Origin: Halorarum halobium
Lineage (GTDB): Archaea > Halobacteriota > Halobacteria > Halobacteriales > Haloferacaceae
DNA: 64,000 nt
Direction of reading: 5' to 3'
NCBI RefSeq assembly: GCF_032116555.1
Contig: NZ_CP134949.1
Span: 1,116,001 to 1,180,000, forward strand
In this document: in pieces, positions 9,050 through 18,711 of the stretch
Numbering within the stretch: position 1 is the stretch's first letter
How the letters are laid out: each line of letters starts with the position of its first letter
Made by a program: the position numbers and the translations under genes
The notes under the pieces: generated by a model
What the model was told of the DNA's origin: nothing
The model's input: only the letters and a program-made list of their open reading frames with translations
The model's database searches: none

Positions 9050-10372
9050 CTACGGGCCGGGGTACGGTTCCGGTGCGGACGTGTTCGCCCCGCTCCGGGG
9101 CGGGCGCGAGGCGTCGGCCGCGGCCGTTCCGTTCGGAGCCGACGCGTTCGCCGCGGCTTCCAGCGCCGCCCGGATGTCGACGGTCCGCTCGTCGCCCTCG
9201 GCCGTCCGTCGGAGGATCGCCTCGACCTGTGCCGGCGTCAGGGAGCCGTCGTCCCGCATGCTGGCGACCGCGCCCGCGACCATCGGTGCGGCGGCCGAGG
9301 TGCCGGAGAACCGGCCGGCGACGTGGGTGTCCGCGCTCCCCGGTGCGCTCACGTCCGCGCCCCCGGAGCTGTACGAGGCGACCGTTCCGCTGTCGTCGAC
9401 TGCCCCGACCGTGATGACGCCCTCCGTGTTGGCGGGCGCGACCGTGCTGCCGGCCGCGCCGGCGACCGCGAGCGACCGTTCGGTGGCGAACAGGTCGACC
9501 GGCTCGTCGCCGGGCTCGCGGGCGTAGATCGCGACGTAGTAGTTGCCGGTCGGGAGGGTCTCGTCGATGGCCTCGGCGTTCCCGCTCTCCCGCGTGGACT
9601 TGGCGACGACCGGGTCGTCACGCCCCGGGAGGTCCCGGTAGAGGTAGAGATCGTAGTCGGCAGAGCCGTCCCAGTAGAGCCGCAGGGTCACCTCGCCCGA
9701 GACCGACCCCTCGCCGAGCCGGTTGCCCTGAACGTCCCCGTCGAACTCGATCCAGCCCTCGGCCTCGGGCGTCCCGCGCCAGTGTCGCTTCGCGTAGTTG
9801 CCCGCCGAGGTGACGAAGACGGTGCCGTCGTCGGCCGCCCGCTCGGCCGCGCCGGCGATCCGCTCCTTGCCGCCCGCGGTCGCGGGGAAGTAGCTCCCCG
9901 AGTCGACGATGACGTCCACGTCGTTGGCGAGGAGCCAGTCGACCGCACGCGCGTACTCCCCCGGGGTCGGCTGGCTCCCGACGCCGACGAGGTACAGCCC
10001 CGCCCCCTCGGTCCGGTCCGCGACGATCTCCGCGACGGCGGTGTCGTGGGACGTCGACGCCGGCCCGTCGAACGCCAGGGACGGGCCCGCGATCCGGCCG
10101 TGTGCGGAGACGCGTCCGGACAGCGCCGGATGGCCGCTGTCGAATCCGCTCCCGATGACGCCGACGCGGACCGCCGCCGGCTCGGGATCGGCCGCCGAGT
10201 CGATCGGCGCGTCGCCGACCGACGCGCCGCCGAGCGTCGCGTCCCCGCCGGTCGTGGGCGAGACGCTGCCCTCGTAGCCGCCGAACTCCGCGATGTCCGT
10301 CGCGCCGACCATCCCGGTCGTGAGGCTCGCAAGCACCACCAGCACGACGACGACGGCGATCGAACGGCTCAC
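9050..10372 (-). CDS. Secreted S8 (subtilase-like) serine peptidase with PPC-like insert
   Basis: N-terminal hydrophobic signal; SHDTAVA, SAGN oxyanion motif, ADYDLYLY insert, GTSAAAP; the Asp-site motif reads VGVIGSG. Confidence 0.8.
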   Translation of the reverse strand: MSRSIAVVVVLVVLASLTTGMVGATDIAEFGGYEGSVSPTTGGDATLGGASVGDAPIDSAADPEPAAVRVGVIGSGFDSGHPALSGRVSAHGRIAGPSLAFDGPASTSHDTAVAEIVADRTEGAGLYLVGVGSQPTPGEYARAVDWLLANDVDVIVDSGSYFPATAGGKERIAGAAERAADDGTVFVTSAGNYAKRHWRGTPEAEGWIEFDGDVQGNRLGEGSVSGEVTLRLYWDGSADYDLYLYRDLPGRDDPVVAKSTRESGNAEAIDETLPTGNYYVAIYAREPGDEPVDLFATERSLAVAGAAGSTVAPANTEGVITVGAVDDSGTVASYSSGGADVSAPGSADTHVAGRFSGTSAAAPMVAGAVASMRDDGSLTPAQVEAILRRTAEGDERTVDIRAALEAAANASAPNGTAAADASRPPRSGANTSAPEPYPGP

Positions 10373-10412
10373 GGACGCACCGTCCCGTTCGTGTCCCCGC
10401 CGCCGATACCCA

Positions 10413-11090
10413 TCACTGGCTCCGGAGGTGTCCGACCGCGAGCACCGCTGCCAGCACGAGCAGTCCGCCCGCGAGGAACGCGACGCCGGGCGGGAGGACG
10501 CCGAGCGCGACCTCGGCCGAGCCGCCGACGGCGTCGCCGATTCGGGGGGCGGTCTCGGGGCCGCCGAGGTCGGCCACGCCGCCGCCGAACGCCCACTGGA
10601 CGAGCAGGCTCGCGCCGCCGAGCAGGGCCAGCACGCCCAGCAGCCCCCGAAGCGAGTCGAGGAACGAGGTCCGGTCCTCGTCGCCGCCGACCGCGACGAC
10701 GAGCCGTTCGTTCGTGGGGCGATAGATGGTCATCTCTCGGCCCTTCACCGAGTAGCGCGTCCCGGCAGTCGTGACCAGTCCGGCCTCCTGCAGGTTCTCG
10801 AGGTGGTGGCGGACGTTCTGGACGGAGGTGTCGGCCGTCTCCGCGAGCTTCGATGCGGTTCTGGGCTCGTCGTGGAGGGCGGTGAGCAACGAGCGGGCCG
10901 TCTCGGAGGAGAGCGAACCGATGAGGGCGTCGGCGTCGTCGTCGTCGAGCCAGCAGACGCGGACGTCCCCGTCCTCGTCCGTGACCTCCTCGGGGGACTC
11001 CTGGCGGCCTGCGTCGCTCCCCGGCACCGTCTCGGTGGCGGTCGAGTCGCCACTCGGCGTGTCCACGTCGGACGGGAGCAGTCCTGACAT
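10413..11090 (-). CDS. ArsR/SmtB-family HTH regulator with C-terminal transmembrane helices
   Basis: LSSETARSLLTALHDEPRTASKLAETADTSVQNVRHHLENLQEAGLV...YSVKGREM; two hydrophobic segments at the C-terminus. Confidence 0.85.
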   Translation of the reverse strand: MSGLLPSDVDTPSGDSTATETVPGSDAGRQESPEEVTDEDGDVRVCWLDDDDADALIGSLSSETARSLLTALHDEPRTASKLAETADTSVQNVRHHLENLQEAGLVTTAGTRYSVKGREMTIYRPTNERLVVAVGGDEDRTSFLDSLRGLLGVLALLGGASLLVQWAFGGGVADLGGPETAPRIGDAVGGSAEVALGVLPPGVAFLAGGLLVLAAVLAVGHLRSQ

Positions 11091-11273
11091 GCGTCGACCT
11101 TTCACACACGTAGACTAAATGGTTCTGGCAGTTTTCACGAGGATTCGTTCGGAAAAAATTGGCCTCCCGACGGTCGGTCAGTTTCGGGTGCCTGCGTCGG
11201 CACCCGGCGGCCACGGTCGGCCGGCGACGCACCCGCTCGATTTACGGCGCGGGCCGACGAAGCGTCGGCCGAG

Positions 11274-12755
11274 ATGATCACGTCCGCCCGAATGGCGATG
11301 GTGGACCGCAACGCCGCGGCGCTCGGCGTCCCCCGCAAGCAACTGATGGAGTCGAGCGGGAACGCCGTCGCCAGGGCCGTCCGCGAGCGGGTCGACCCCG
11401 GCGCGAGCGTCACGATCGTCTGTGGCCGCGGGAACAACGGCGGCGACGGCCTCGCCGCGGCGCGGTTCCTCGAGGAGTACGACCTCCGGGTGGCACTGCT
11501 CGGCAGGCCGGAGACGATCTCGACGGAGATCGCCCGCGAAAACTGGGACGCCCTCGCGGCGGCGGAGATTCCGGCGGAACCGTGCACGGACTCGCGGGAG
11601 TTCTCCCTCGCCGGCGCCGCCGCCGGGGACGGCACTGACTCCCGGGACGGCGACGCACCCGACCTGGTCGTCGACGCGATGCTCGGCACGGGCGTCTCGG
11701 GTGCGCCCCGCGAACCCGAGGCGACGGCGATCCGCGCGATCGACGACGCCGACGCGACCGTGGTCTCGGTCGACGTTCCCTCGGGGGTCGACGCCGACAC
11801 CGGTGAGGCCGCCGGCGTCGCGGTCGACCCCGACGCGGTCGTCACGTTCCACGACGAGAAGCCCGGACTCGCCGACCTCGCCGCCGACCTGGTCGTCGCC
11901 GACATCGGCATTCCCGCGGGGGCCGAGCTGTTCGTCGGTCCCGGCGACCTCGCGTCGGTCGACCGCGACCCGCAGTCGCACAAGGGCGACCACGGCGAGG
12001 TGCTCGTCGTCGGCGGCGGCCCGTACGCCGGCGCGCCGGCCCTCTCTGCGCGGGCGGCGCTCCGGGCCGGCGCGGACCTCGTCCGGGTGGCCTGTCCGGA
12101 GTCGGTCGCCCGGGAGGTGCAGGGGTTCGACGAGAACCTCATCGTCCGCCCGTTCCGGGGCGAGCACCTCGGGCCCGAGCACGTCGATCGGATTTCGGGA
12201 CTCGCTGCCGACCACGACGCGGTCGTCCTCGGCCCGGGACTCGGCGACGCGGACGAGACGCTCGACGCGACCGCGGAGTTCCTCGCCGACTTCGACGGCA
12301 CCGCCGTCGTCGACGCCGACGCGCTCCAAATCGTCCCCGAAATCGACACCGACGCCTCGCTCGTCTGTACGCCCCACCAGGGCGAACTCCGGGCGATGGG
12401 CGGCGAGACGGCCGACGATTGGCGCGAGCGTGCCGACCTGGTGACCGAGTTCGCCGCGGACCTCGGCCACGTGCTGCTCGTGAAGGGCGCCTACGACGTG
12501 ATCTCGGACGGTCGGACGACCAGGGTCGGCCGGACGGGGAACCCGGGGATGACCGTCGGCGGCACCGGCGACGTGCTGGCGGGCGTGACCGGCGCGCTCG
12601 TCCCCGCCCAGGAGCCGGTTCACGCCGCCGCGGCCGCGGCGTACGCGAACGGCCGCGCGGGCGACGCGGCCGTCGAGGAGCACGGCTACGGGCTGGTGGC
12701 GACGGACCTCGTCGATCGGATTCCGGACGCGCTGCGGGACGAGGGGGACGAGTGA
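11274..12755 (+). CDS. nnr: Bifunctional NAD(P)H-hydrate epimerase/dehydratase
   Basis: YjeF_N motifs CGRGNNGGDG, VDAMLGTG, VDVPSG; YjeF_C motifs SHKGDHG, GPGLG, TPHQGE, GGTGDVLAG. Confidence 0.93.
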   Translation: MITSARMAMVDRNAAALGVPRKQLMESSGNAVARAVRERVDPGASVTIVCGRGNNGGDGLAAARFLEEYDLRVALLGRPETISTEIARENWDALAAAEIPAEPCTDSREFSLAGAAAGDGTDSRDGDAPDLVVDAMLGTGVSGAPREPEATAIRAIDDADATVVSVDVPSGVDADTGEAAGVAVDPDAVVTFHDEKPGLADLAADLVVADIGIPAGAELFVGPGDLASVDRDPQSHKGDHGEVLVVGGGPYAGAPALSARAALRAGADLVRVACPESVAREVQGFDENLIVRPFRGEHLGPEHVDRISGLAADHDAVVLGPGLGDADETLDATAEFLADFDGTAVVDADALQIVPEIDTDASLVCTPHQGELRAMGGETADDWRERADLVTEFAADLGHVLLVKGAYDVISDGRTTRVGRTGNPGMTVGGTGDVLAGVTGALVPAQEPVHAAAAAAYANGRAGDAAVEEHGYGLVATDLVDRIPDALRDEGDE

Positions 12756-13238
12756 ATGACGGACGACGATCTCACACACACGACCGAGGAGGGAGACGTG
12801 CAGATGGTCGACGTGGGCGACAAGCCCGACACGGCCCGACGGGCCGTCGCGCGTGGCGTCATCCGACTCCGCCCGTCGACGGTGGACGCCGTCCGGGACG
12901 ACGAGGTGGCGAAGGGCGACGTGCTCGCCACCGCGCGCGTCGGCGCGATCCAGGCGGTGAAACACACCTGGGAGACGATCCCGATGTGTCACGGCATCCC
13001 GATCACGAACGTCGAGACTGCGTTCGACCTCCACGGAGACCGCGTCGAACTGGAGGTCGCCGTCGAGACGACGGGCAAGACCGGCTGCGAGATGGAGGCG
13101 CTGGAGGGGGTCACGACCGGGCTGAACGTCGTCTGGGACATGGTGAAGGCGGCCGAGAAGGACGAGTCGGGGAACTACCCGGGAACCCGGATCTCGGACG
13201 TCGAAGTCGTCTCGAAGGAGAAGCGGCCGCCGGAGTGA
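12756..13238 (+). CDS. moaC: Cyclic pyranopterin monophosphate synthase
   Basis: QMVDVGDK, KGDVLATARVGAIQAVK, IPMCH, TGCEMEAL, WDMVKA. Confidence 0.95.
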   Translation: MTDDDLTHTTEEGDVQMVDVGDKPDTARRAVARGVIRLRPSTVDAVRDDEVAKGDVLATARVGAIQAVKHTWETIPMCHGIPITNVETAFDLHGDRVELEVAVETTGKTGCEMEALEGVTTGLNVVWDMVKAAEKDESGNYPGTRISDVEVVSKEKRPPE

Positions 13239-13304
13239 GCCGGTCCGGGTCGCCGCCGCGGAGTCGGGGGATACCTTTTACCCTCGGCCGCGATACTCCC
13301 GGAT

Positions 13305-14030
13305 ATGATTTCACTCGACGAGGCCGTGACCGCACGGCTCGAATCCCACGGCGCGCGCTTCGAGGTGCTCATCGACCCCGACGCGGCACTCGCGATCAAG
13401 CGCGGGGAGTTCGACGGCGATCTGGAGGACGTCATCGCCGCCGAGGACGTGTTCGACAACGCCTCGCGTGGCGACCGACCCGCCGAGGAGGACGTCGAGG
13501 AGGTGTTCGGCACGACCGACGCGCTCGAAATCATCCCGGAGGTCGTCAGGCGGGGGGACATCCAGATCACCGCCGAGCAGCGGCGCGAGATGACCGAGCA
13601 GAAGCGCAAGGCGCTCATCAACACCATCGTCCGGAACGCCGTGAACCCGCAGATGGACGACGCGCCCCACCCGCCCGAGCGCGTCGAGCGGGCGCTGGAG
13701 GAGGCCGGGTTCAAGATCGACCCGATGGAGCCCGTCGAGAGCCAGGTCGACGAGGCGCTCGACATGCTGCGCCCGGTCATCCCAATCCGGTTCGACGAGG
13801 TGACCGTCGCGGCACAGCTTCCCCCCGAGTACGCCGGGAGCGGCCAGGCGAAGGTCCGCGAGTTCGGCGACCTCGAACGCGAGGAGTGGCAGTCGGACGG
13901 CTCCTGGGTCGGCGTCGTGACGTTCCCCGCGGGGCTCCAGAACGAGTTCTACGACCTCGTGAACGAGGTGTCGAGCGGCGAGGCCGAGACGCGCATCATC
14001 AGGGACGAGGACGACCTGAACACGAGGTGA
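13305..14030 (+). CDS. Ribosome assembly factor SBDS (Sdo1)
   Basis: AVTARLESHGARFEV, VFGTTD, QITAEQRR, PHPPERVERAL, IPIRFD. Confidence 0.95.
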   Translation: MISLDEAVTARLESHGARFEVLIDPDAALAIKRGEFDGDLEDVIAAEDVFDNASRGDRPAEEDVEEVFGTTDALEIIPEVVRRGDIQITAEQRREMTEQKRKALINTIVRNAVNPQMDDAPHPPERVERALEEAGFKIDPMEPVESQVDEALDMLRPVIPIRFDEVTVAAQLPPEYAGSGQAKVREFGDLEREEWQSDGSWVGVVTFPAGLQNEFYDLVNEVSSGEAETRIIRDEDDLNTR

Positions 14031-14112
14031 CCGGCACGAGGCGGGTCGAGGCGCACGTGTCCGTGCCGCGGGTCCAGCGGAGCGGCCCGTCCCGCACCCC
14101 GCGGCAGGCGCG

Positions 14113-14913
14113 TCACGCCGGCATCGCTTCGCGGACGTAGCCGACGCCGTTCTTCAGCGCGTACTTCGCCACGGGAAGCCCTCGCGGGAGGGTGTAGAGG
14201 TCGCCGAGCGTCTCGGGCTCGCGCACCTCGCCCGCCCGGAGGGATTCGACGGCGGCGACGAGCACGTCGTCGGACTCCTCGAACAGCCGGCAGCGGACGG
14301 CACCCCACGTGTGGAGGTCGCCGATGGGAACGGTCTTCATCGCGGCGACGCCGCCGGCGTCGAGCCTCTCGCTGAGCTGCTGGACGGTGATCCCGGCCGT
14401 TCGCTCGCCGTGGAGAAACTCCCAGAACCCCATCGGCTGCCCGCGGTACTCGCGGAGGTCGCCGTGGTGGTAGCTCAGGACGCCGTGTTGCAGTTCCGAG
14501 AGGATCGGGCCGACGAGGAATCCGAACCCGAACCTGACCGCGACGTCCGCGCGGGGAGCGAGACGCTCGACCGTCTCCGCCGGAATCTCCCGTTTCCAGC
14601 CGTCGACGACGGTCGGCTCGACCCTGAACGTCCGGGCATCGTCGATGTCCACGACGGCGTCGACCCGAACCGGATCGGTCTGGGGAACCGGCCGGCCGAA
14701 CAGCCACGTCAGGACGGCGATCGCCGTCCACTCGCGGAGCTCGATGGCCCGTTCGAGCGTCTCACGCGCGCTCCGGCCGTCGTCGCCCTCGTCGTACACC
14801 ACCGCCGTGAGTTCGACGTCGGCCTCGGCGAGCAGCCGGGCGAGCGCGCGGGCCTCCCAGCGCGAGACCGTCTCACCGGGGAGCAGCAGGCAGACCCGCA
14901 TCGGCCGGCTCAT
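14113..14913 (-). CDS. Formyltransferase-family protein
   Basis: VLSYHHGDLREYRGQPMGFW and AGITVQQLSERLDAG match formyl_trans_N motifs; ATG overlaps the stop of the upstream gene. Confidence 0.75.
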   Translation of the reverse strand: MSRPMRVCLLLPGETVSRWEARALARLLAEADVELTAVVYDEGDDGRSARETLERAIELREWTAIAVLTWLFGRPVPQTDPVRVDAVVDIDDARTFRVEPTVVDGWKREIPAETVERLAPRADVAVRFGFGFLVGPILSELQHGVLSYHHGDLREYRGQPMGFWEFLHGERTAGITVQQLSERLDAGGVAAMKTVPIGDLHTWGAVRCRLFEESDDVLVAAVESLRAGEVREPETLGDLYTLPRGLPVAKYALKNGVGYVREAMPA

Positions 14914-15839
14914 GCCGGCTCCAGCCGGGTTTCCGCGAGCGACTCCATCGTCTCGACGGACAACGCGTCGTCGGGAACGTCCGCGAGGAACTCCAGATAG
15001 CCCTCGAGCACCTCCCACTGGTGTTCGTTGCTCAGGTCGTACAGGTGACACCAGAGGTGGAGCGGCGTGCCCGACTCGATCGACCGCCCTGTCGCGCGTC
15101 GGAGATACCGCCCGTGGGCGAGCTTTCTGGCGGCCAGCGGGAACGCCCGATAGCCCGGGAACACGTCGGCCCCGCCCGCGGGGAGGGTTCTCGCCGTCAG
15201 GGACGGATACGTCGTGCAGTACGTCTCCAGCACCCCGTCCTCGACCCGCGGCTCCCACTCGGGGTGCGGCCCGAGGGTGAGCTGTTTGAACCGGTGGGCG
15301 ACCGTCGGCGACTCCTTCACCTTCGCGTACCGCGCGACCCGGACGCCGTTCCGCCGAAGCACCTCGTTGTCGGGCCGATAGTGGCGTGGCGGCACGAACG
15401 AGGAGAACGACTCGCCGAGTTCGGCGTGCAGCTCGGCCGACCGGCGGAGTTCCGTCTCGACCAGGTCGTCGCTGACCCGGTCACAGAGGACGTGTGAGAA
15501 CGTGTGGGTCGACAGTTCGTGACCGCCGTCCGCGTCCAGCACCGCCTCGGCCATGTCGGGCCCGTAGAACAGGCCGTCAGCCTCGCCGTCCGTCCCGGGA
15601 TCCGCGTCGAACCAGCCCGTCGGGTACGCTCCCGCGTGGCTCCCGTCACACGACTCGAGCAGCAGGTGGCCGACGATGTCGAACGTGATGGGGACGCCGC
15701 ACTCGTCGGCCTTGCTCAGGAGTTTCCGGAGGTACTGTCGCTCGCGCCGCCCGTCGTCCGACAGGTGCGACCGCTTGGGCAGGTCGTGGACGCCCCAGCC
15801 GAGTTCGATTTCGATGCTGATCGTCACCGTGCCAGCCAT
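14910..15839 (-). CDS. Polysaccharide deacetylase-family protein
   Basis: TISIEIELGWG, PITFDIVG, HELSTHTFSH, SFVPPRH, HLWCHLYD (NodB/CE4-like). Confidence 0.8.
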   Translation of the reverse strand: MAGTVTISIEIELGWGVHDLPKRSHLSDDGRRERQYLRKLLSKADECGVPITFDIVGHLLLESCDGSHAGAYPTGWFDADPGTDGEADGLFYGPDMAEAVLDADGGHELSTHTFSHVLCDRVSDDLVETELRRSAELHAELGESFSSFVPPRHYRPDNEVLRRNGVRVARYAKVKESPTVAHRFKQLTLGPHPEWEPRVEDGVLETYCTTYPSLTARTLPAGGADVFPGYRAFPLAARKLAHGRYLRRATGRSIESGTPLHLWCHLYDLSNEHQWEVLEGYLEFLADVPDDALSVETMESLAETRLEPA

Positions 15840-16235
15840 TTGACTCCAGAAGCACGCCGCCAGTGAATGTTAGTCGTACCGTACCGCCCCGACGCGCTCC
15901 GCTCCCGGTGCCCGTGAACCCGAACTGACACCGCCGAACGACACCCGGACTACGGCGGATTCGCCGGGTTCTGCACGCTCCCGCCGACTCGTTCCCGCGT
16001 CTCCCCGCCGGGGTCGAACGCCGGGGCTCGCCGGCCGGCACCATGATTAAACCGCCAGGTCCCGTAGCACCGATCAATGATCGATCGAACCGAACGCGAG
16101 GTGGCGGGCCCCCGCCCCTGAGACGGTGGTAGCGGTGTCTCCGTGGCCGTCGATCGTCGAACCGAAGAGCGGCCGGTGGCGTCGGCACCAGCCGTCGCTG
16201 ACCGCCCACACCGGCGCGGAGGGTCCGACGACCCG

Positions 16236-17546
16236 ATGAGGGCGCTCGTTACGAAACGCGTCGAGCGGGGGCGAGCCGACCTCTCGGAGATCAGCGACCT
16301 GACGAGGGCCGCCGGCCACGAGGTCGTCGGGCGCCTCACACAGACGCGCGAGGAGGACGCCGCGTTCCACTTCGGCGAGGGGAAGGCGGACGAACTCGCC
16401 GCGCTGGTGCGTGAAACCGACGCGGAGTGTGTGGTCATCGACAACGAGGTCGGCCCGTATCAGACGTTCAACCTCGGCGGGAAACTGCCCGAGGGGGTCG
16501 AGATCATCGACCGGTTCACGCTCATCCTCGAGATCTTCGGCCAGCGCGCCCAGACCCGAAAGGCGCAACTGCAGGTCGAACTGGCCGAACTCCGCTACGA
16601 ACTCCCGCGCGCCGAGGTGAAAGCGAGCCTCGCACAGCGCGACGAGCGGCCGGGGTTCATGGGACTCGGCGAGTACGACCAGTCGCGCGAGCGGGACATC
16701 AAGTCACAGATCGCCCGCATCAAGGACGAACTCGACGACATCGCCCACAAGGAGGAGGAGCGCCGCGAGCGCCGCCGCGAGTCCGGCTTCGACCTGGTCG
16801 CGCTCGCCGGCTACACGAACGCCGGCAAGTCGACGCTGCTCCGCCAGCTCGCCGCGGATCTGGACGTCGACGAGAACGTCGAGACGCACCCGGACCTCCA
16901 CGAGACGGCCGAGTCCGAGGACGACCTGTTCACGACGCTCGGGACGACGACCCGGCGCGCGGAGACCGAGAAGCGGGACGTGCTGCTCACCGACACGGTC
17001 GGGTTCATCTCGGACCTGCCCCACTGGCTCGTCGAGTCGTTCCAGTCGACGCTCGATTCGGTGTACTACGCGGACCTCGTCCTGCTTGTCGTCGACGCGA
17101 GCGAGCCGATCCGGGAGATGCGCGAGAAGCTCGTCACGTGTCACGACACGCTGTACGAGCGCAACGAGGCGCCGCTCGTCACCGTGTTCAACAAGGTCGA
17201 CGAGCTCGACCCCGGCGAACTGGCCGAGAAGCGCGAGGCGCTCTCCGCGCTCGCGCCGAACCCGGTCGCCGTCTCCGGGCTGACCGGCGAGAACGTCGAG
17301 GCGCTCTGTGCCCGGATCGAGGCCGACCTTCCCGACTGGCGCCAGGAGCGGCTGCTGCTCCCGATGTCCGACGAGACGATGAGCCTCGTCTCGTGGGTCC
17401 ACGACAACGGTCACGTCGAGCGCGAGGAGTACGACGAGGAGGGCGAGACGGTCACGCTGGCGTTCGAAGCGCCGCCGTCGGTGGTCGAACGCGCACGGGC
17501 ACGGGCCGCCGACATCGAGGCCGGCCTCGAAGCCGGCTCCGCCTGA
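16236..17546 (+). CDS. hflX: GTPase HflX
   Basis: DRFTLILEIFGQRA, QVELAEL, GYTNAGKST, LFTTL, DTVGF, NKVD. Confidence 0.95.
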   Translation: MRALVTKRVERGRADLSEISDLTRAAGHEVVGRLTQTREEDAAFHFGEGKADELAALVRETDAECVVIDNEVGPYQTFNLGGKLPEGVEIIDRFTLILEIFGQRAQTRKAQLQVELAELRYELPRAEVKASLAQRDERPGFMGLGEYDQSRERDIKSQIARIKDELDDIAHKEEERRERRRESGFDLVALAGYTNAGKSTLLRQLAADLDVDENVETHPDLHETAESEDDLFTTLGTTTRRAETEKRDVLLTDTVGFISDLPHWLVESFQSTLDSVYYADLVLLVVDASEPIREMREKLVTCHDTLYERNEAPLVTVFNKVDELDPGELAEKREALSALAPNPVAVSGLTGENVEALCARIEADLPDWRQERLLLPMSDETMSLVSWVHDNGHVEREEYDEEGETVTLAFEAPPSVVERARARAADIEAGLEAGSA

Positions 17547-17727
17547 TTGCCCGGAACGGGGCGATCGCTCGAAACGGGCCCACGGTCCGACCGGGTCCTC
17601 CGTCCGACTGACCAGACGGAGGTCCGACCGTCGAAACAGAGCCGACCGTCCGGTCCCGCCGAACCGGCCGGTTTCCCGGGGTTAATCGCCCGCTTACTAA
17701 CTATCGGGTTGTCCTGGGTCCGCCCGC

Positions 17728-17871
17728 ATGACGGGTGGAACGGTGTATCACGTGGTGTGCAGGGAGTGCCGGACGGAATCGCTTCGACGGTCGGAGACGG
17801 ACGCCGAGGACGTGGCGACCGCTCACGCGGCCGATACCGATCACAGCGTCGCGGTCCAGCAGGTTCGCTGA
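17728..17871 (+). CDS. 47-aa CxxC/HxxxxxH putative zinc-binding microprotein (not in ORF track)
   Basis: My translation: MTGGTVYHVVCRECRTESLRRSETDAEDVATAHAADTDHSVAVQQVR*; TATA-like TTACTAA at about 17694-17700. Confidence 0.7.
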   Translation: MTGGTVYHVVCRECRTESLRRSETDAEDVATAHAADTDHSVAVQQVR

Positions 17872-17890
17872 GAACGGCGACTGGATCAAG

Positions 17891-18226
17891 TCAGCGCAGG
17901 GACTCGACGACGCGCAGGAGGTCCGCCTTCTCCTGGACGCCGACGAGCCGCTCGGCCTCCTCGCCGTCGGCGTAGAACTGGAGCGCGGGGATGCCCCGCA
18001 CCCCTGCCTCCTGTGAGAGCTGCTGGTGCTGGTCGACGTCGACCTTGAGGACGAGGAGGTCCTCGACCTCGGCGGCGAGTTCCTCGACGGTCGGCTCCAG
18101 CATCTTGCACGGGCCACACCAGTCGGCCCAGTAGTCGACGAGGACGATGCCCTCGCTCGTGAGTTCCTCGAACTGTTCGCGGCTCTCGACGTGAACGGGC
18201 TCCCCGGCGGGAGTCTGACTGCTCAT
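17891..18226 (-). CDS. trxA: Thioredoxin
   Basis: VDYWADWCGPCKML, GVRGIPAL; start taken at MSSQTP. Confidence 0.95.
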   Translation of the reverse strand: MSSQTPAGEPVHVESREQFEELTSEGIVLVDYWADWCGPCKMLEPTVEELAAEVEDLLVLKVDVDQHQQLSQEAGVRGIPALQFYADGEEAERLVGVQEKADLLRVVESLR

Positions 18227-18392
18227 GACTACGAGTAGGGGGTGGCACCGTAAAACGGTTCCACCCGCGTGTCCGGGATGTGCACTAGCGACTACCGGTA
18301 GTGGCTGAACCACATGTTAGTCATCCGCTGGGTGGGAGACGGCACGGCTCCAGGGTCGATTCTGGTAGTGCCTGAAACCCCTAAGGCCGGTT

Positions 18393-18607
18393 GCTTCGAT
18401 CGCCTCGAACGCCCCCGCGGCTCTCGTGCTCGCGCGCCTCGCTGTGCTCCTCGTCGGTCGGCCTACGGCCTCCCTCCTGTGGTGCTTGCGTCGTCGTGCG
18501 TCCCCGGGAGCCGGGGCTTTCGAGGTGGTCGTCACGATAGCCGTGATAGAACCGAAGGCGACACATCGGGATATAGCCAGCCGGGGGCTTTCGAGGCGGT
18601 CGAAACG
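18393..18607 (-). repeat. Palindromic intergenic repeat element, copy C (plus extra right-end half copy)
   Basis: 18476-18496 and 18435-18455 are reverse complements of 3101-3121 and 3140-3160 (20/21 each); 18574-18592 is identical to 55504-55522 (TAGCCAGCCGGGGGCTTTC). Confidence 0.88.
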
Positions 18608-18711
18608 CCGACCGAGACGACGAACGAACCGACGAGCGAACTGACGCGGAATCCGAACGACACGGCGAAGTACCGATCACGTCCGAAAATCCGCCCGAAT
18701 CGCGAGCGTAT

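Noticed and set aside
17550..17680. Reiterated GGTCCGACCG words and a hairpin downstream of hflX
   Set aside because: Short, irregular and compatible with GC-rich low complexity or a simple stem-loop; no match to the main repeat family.
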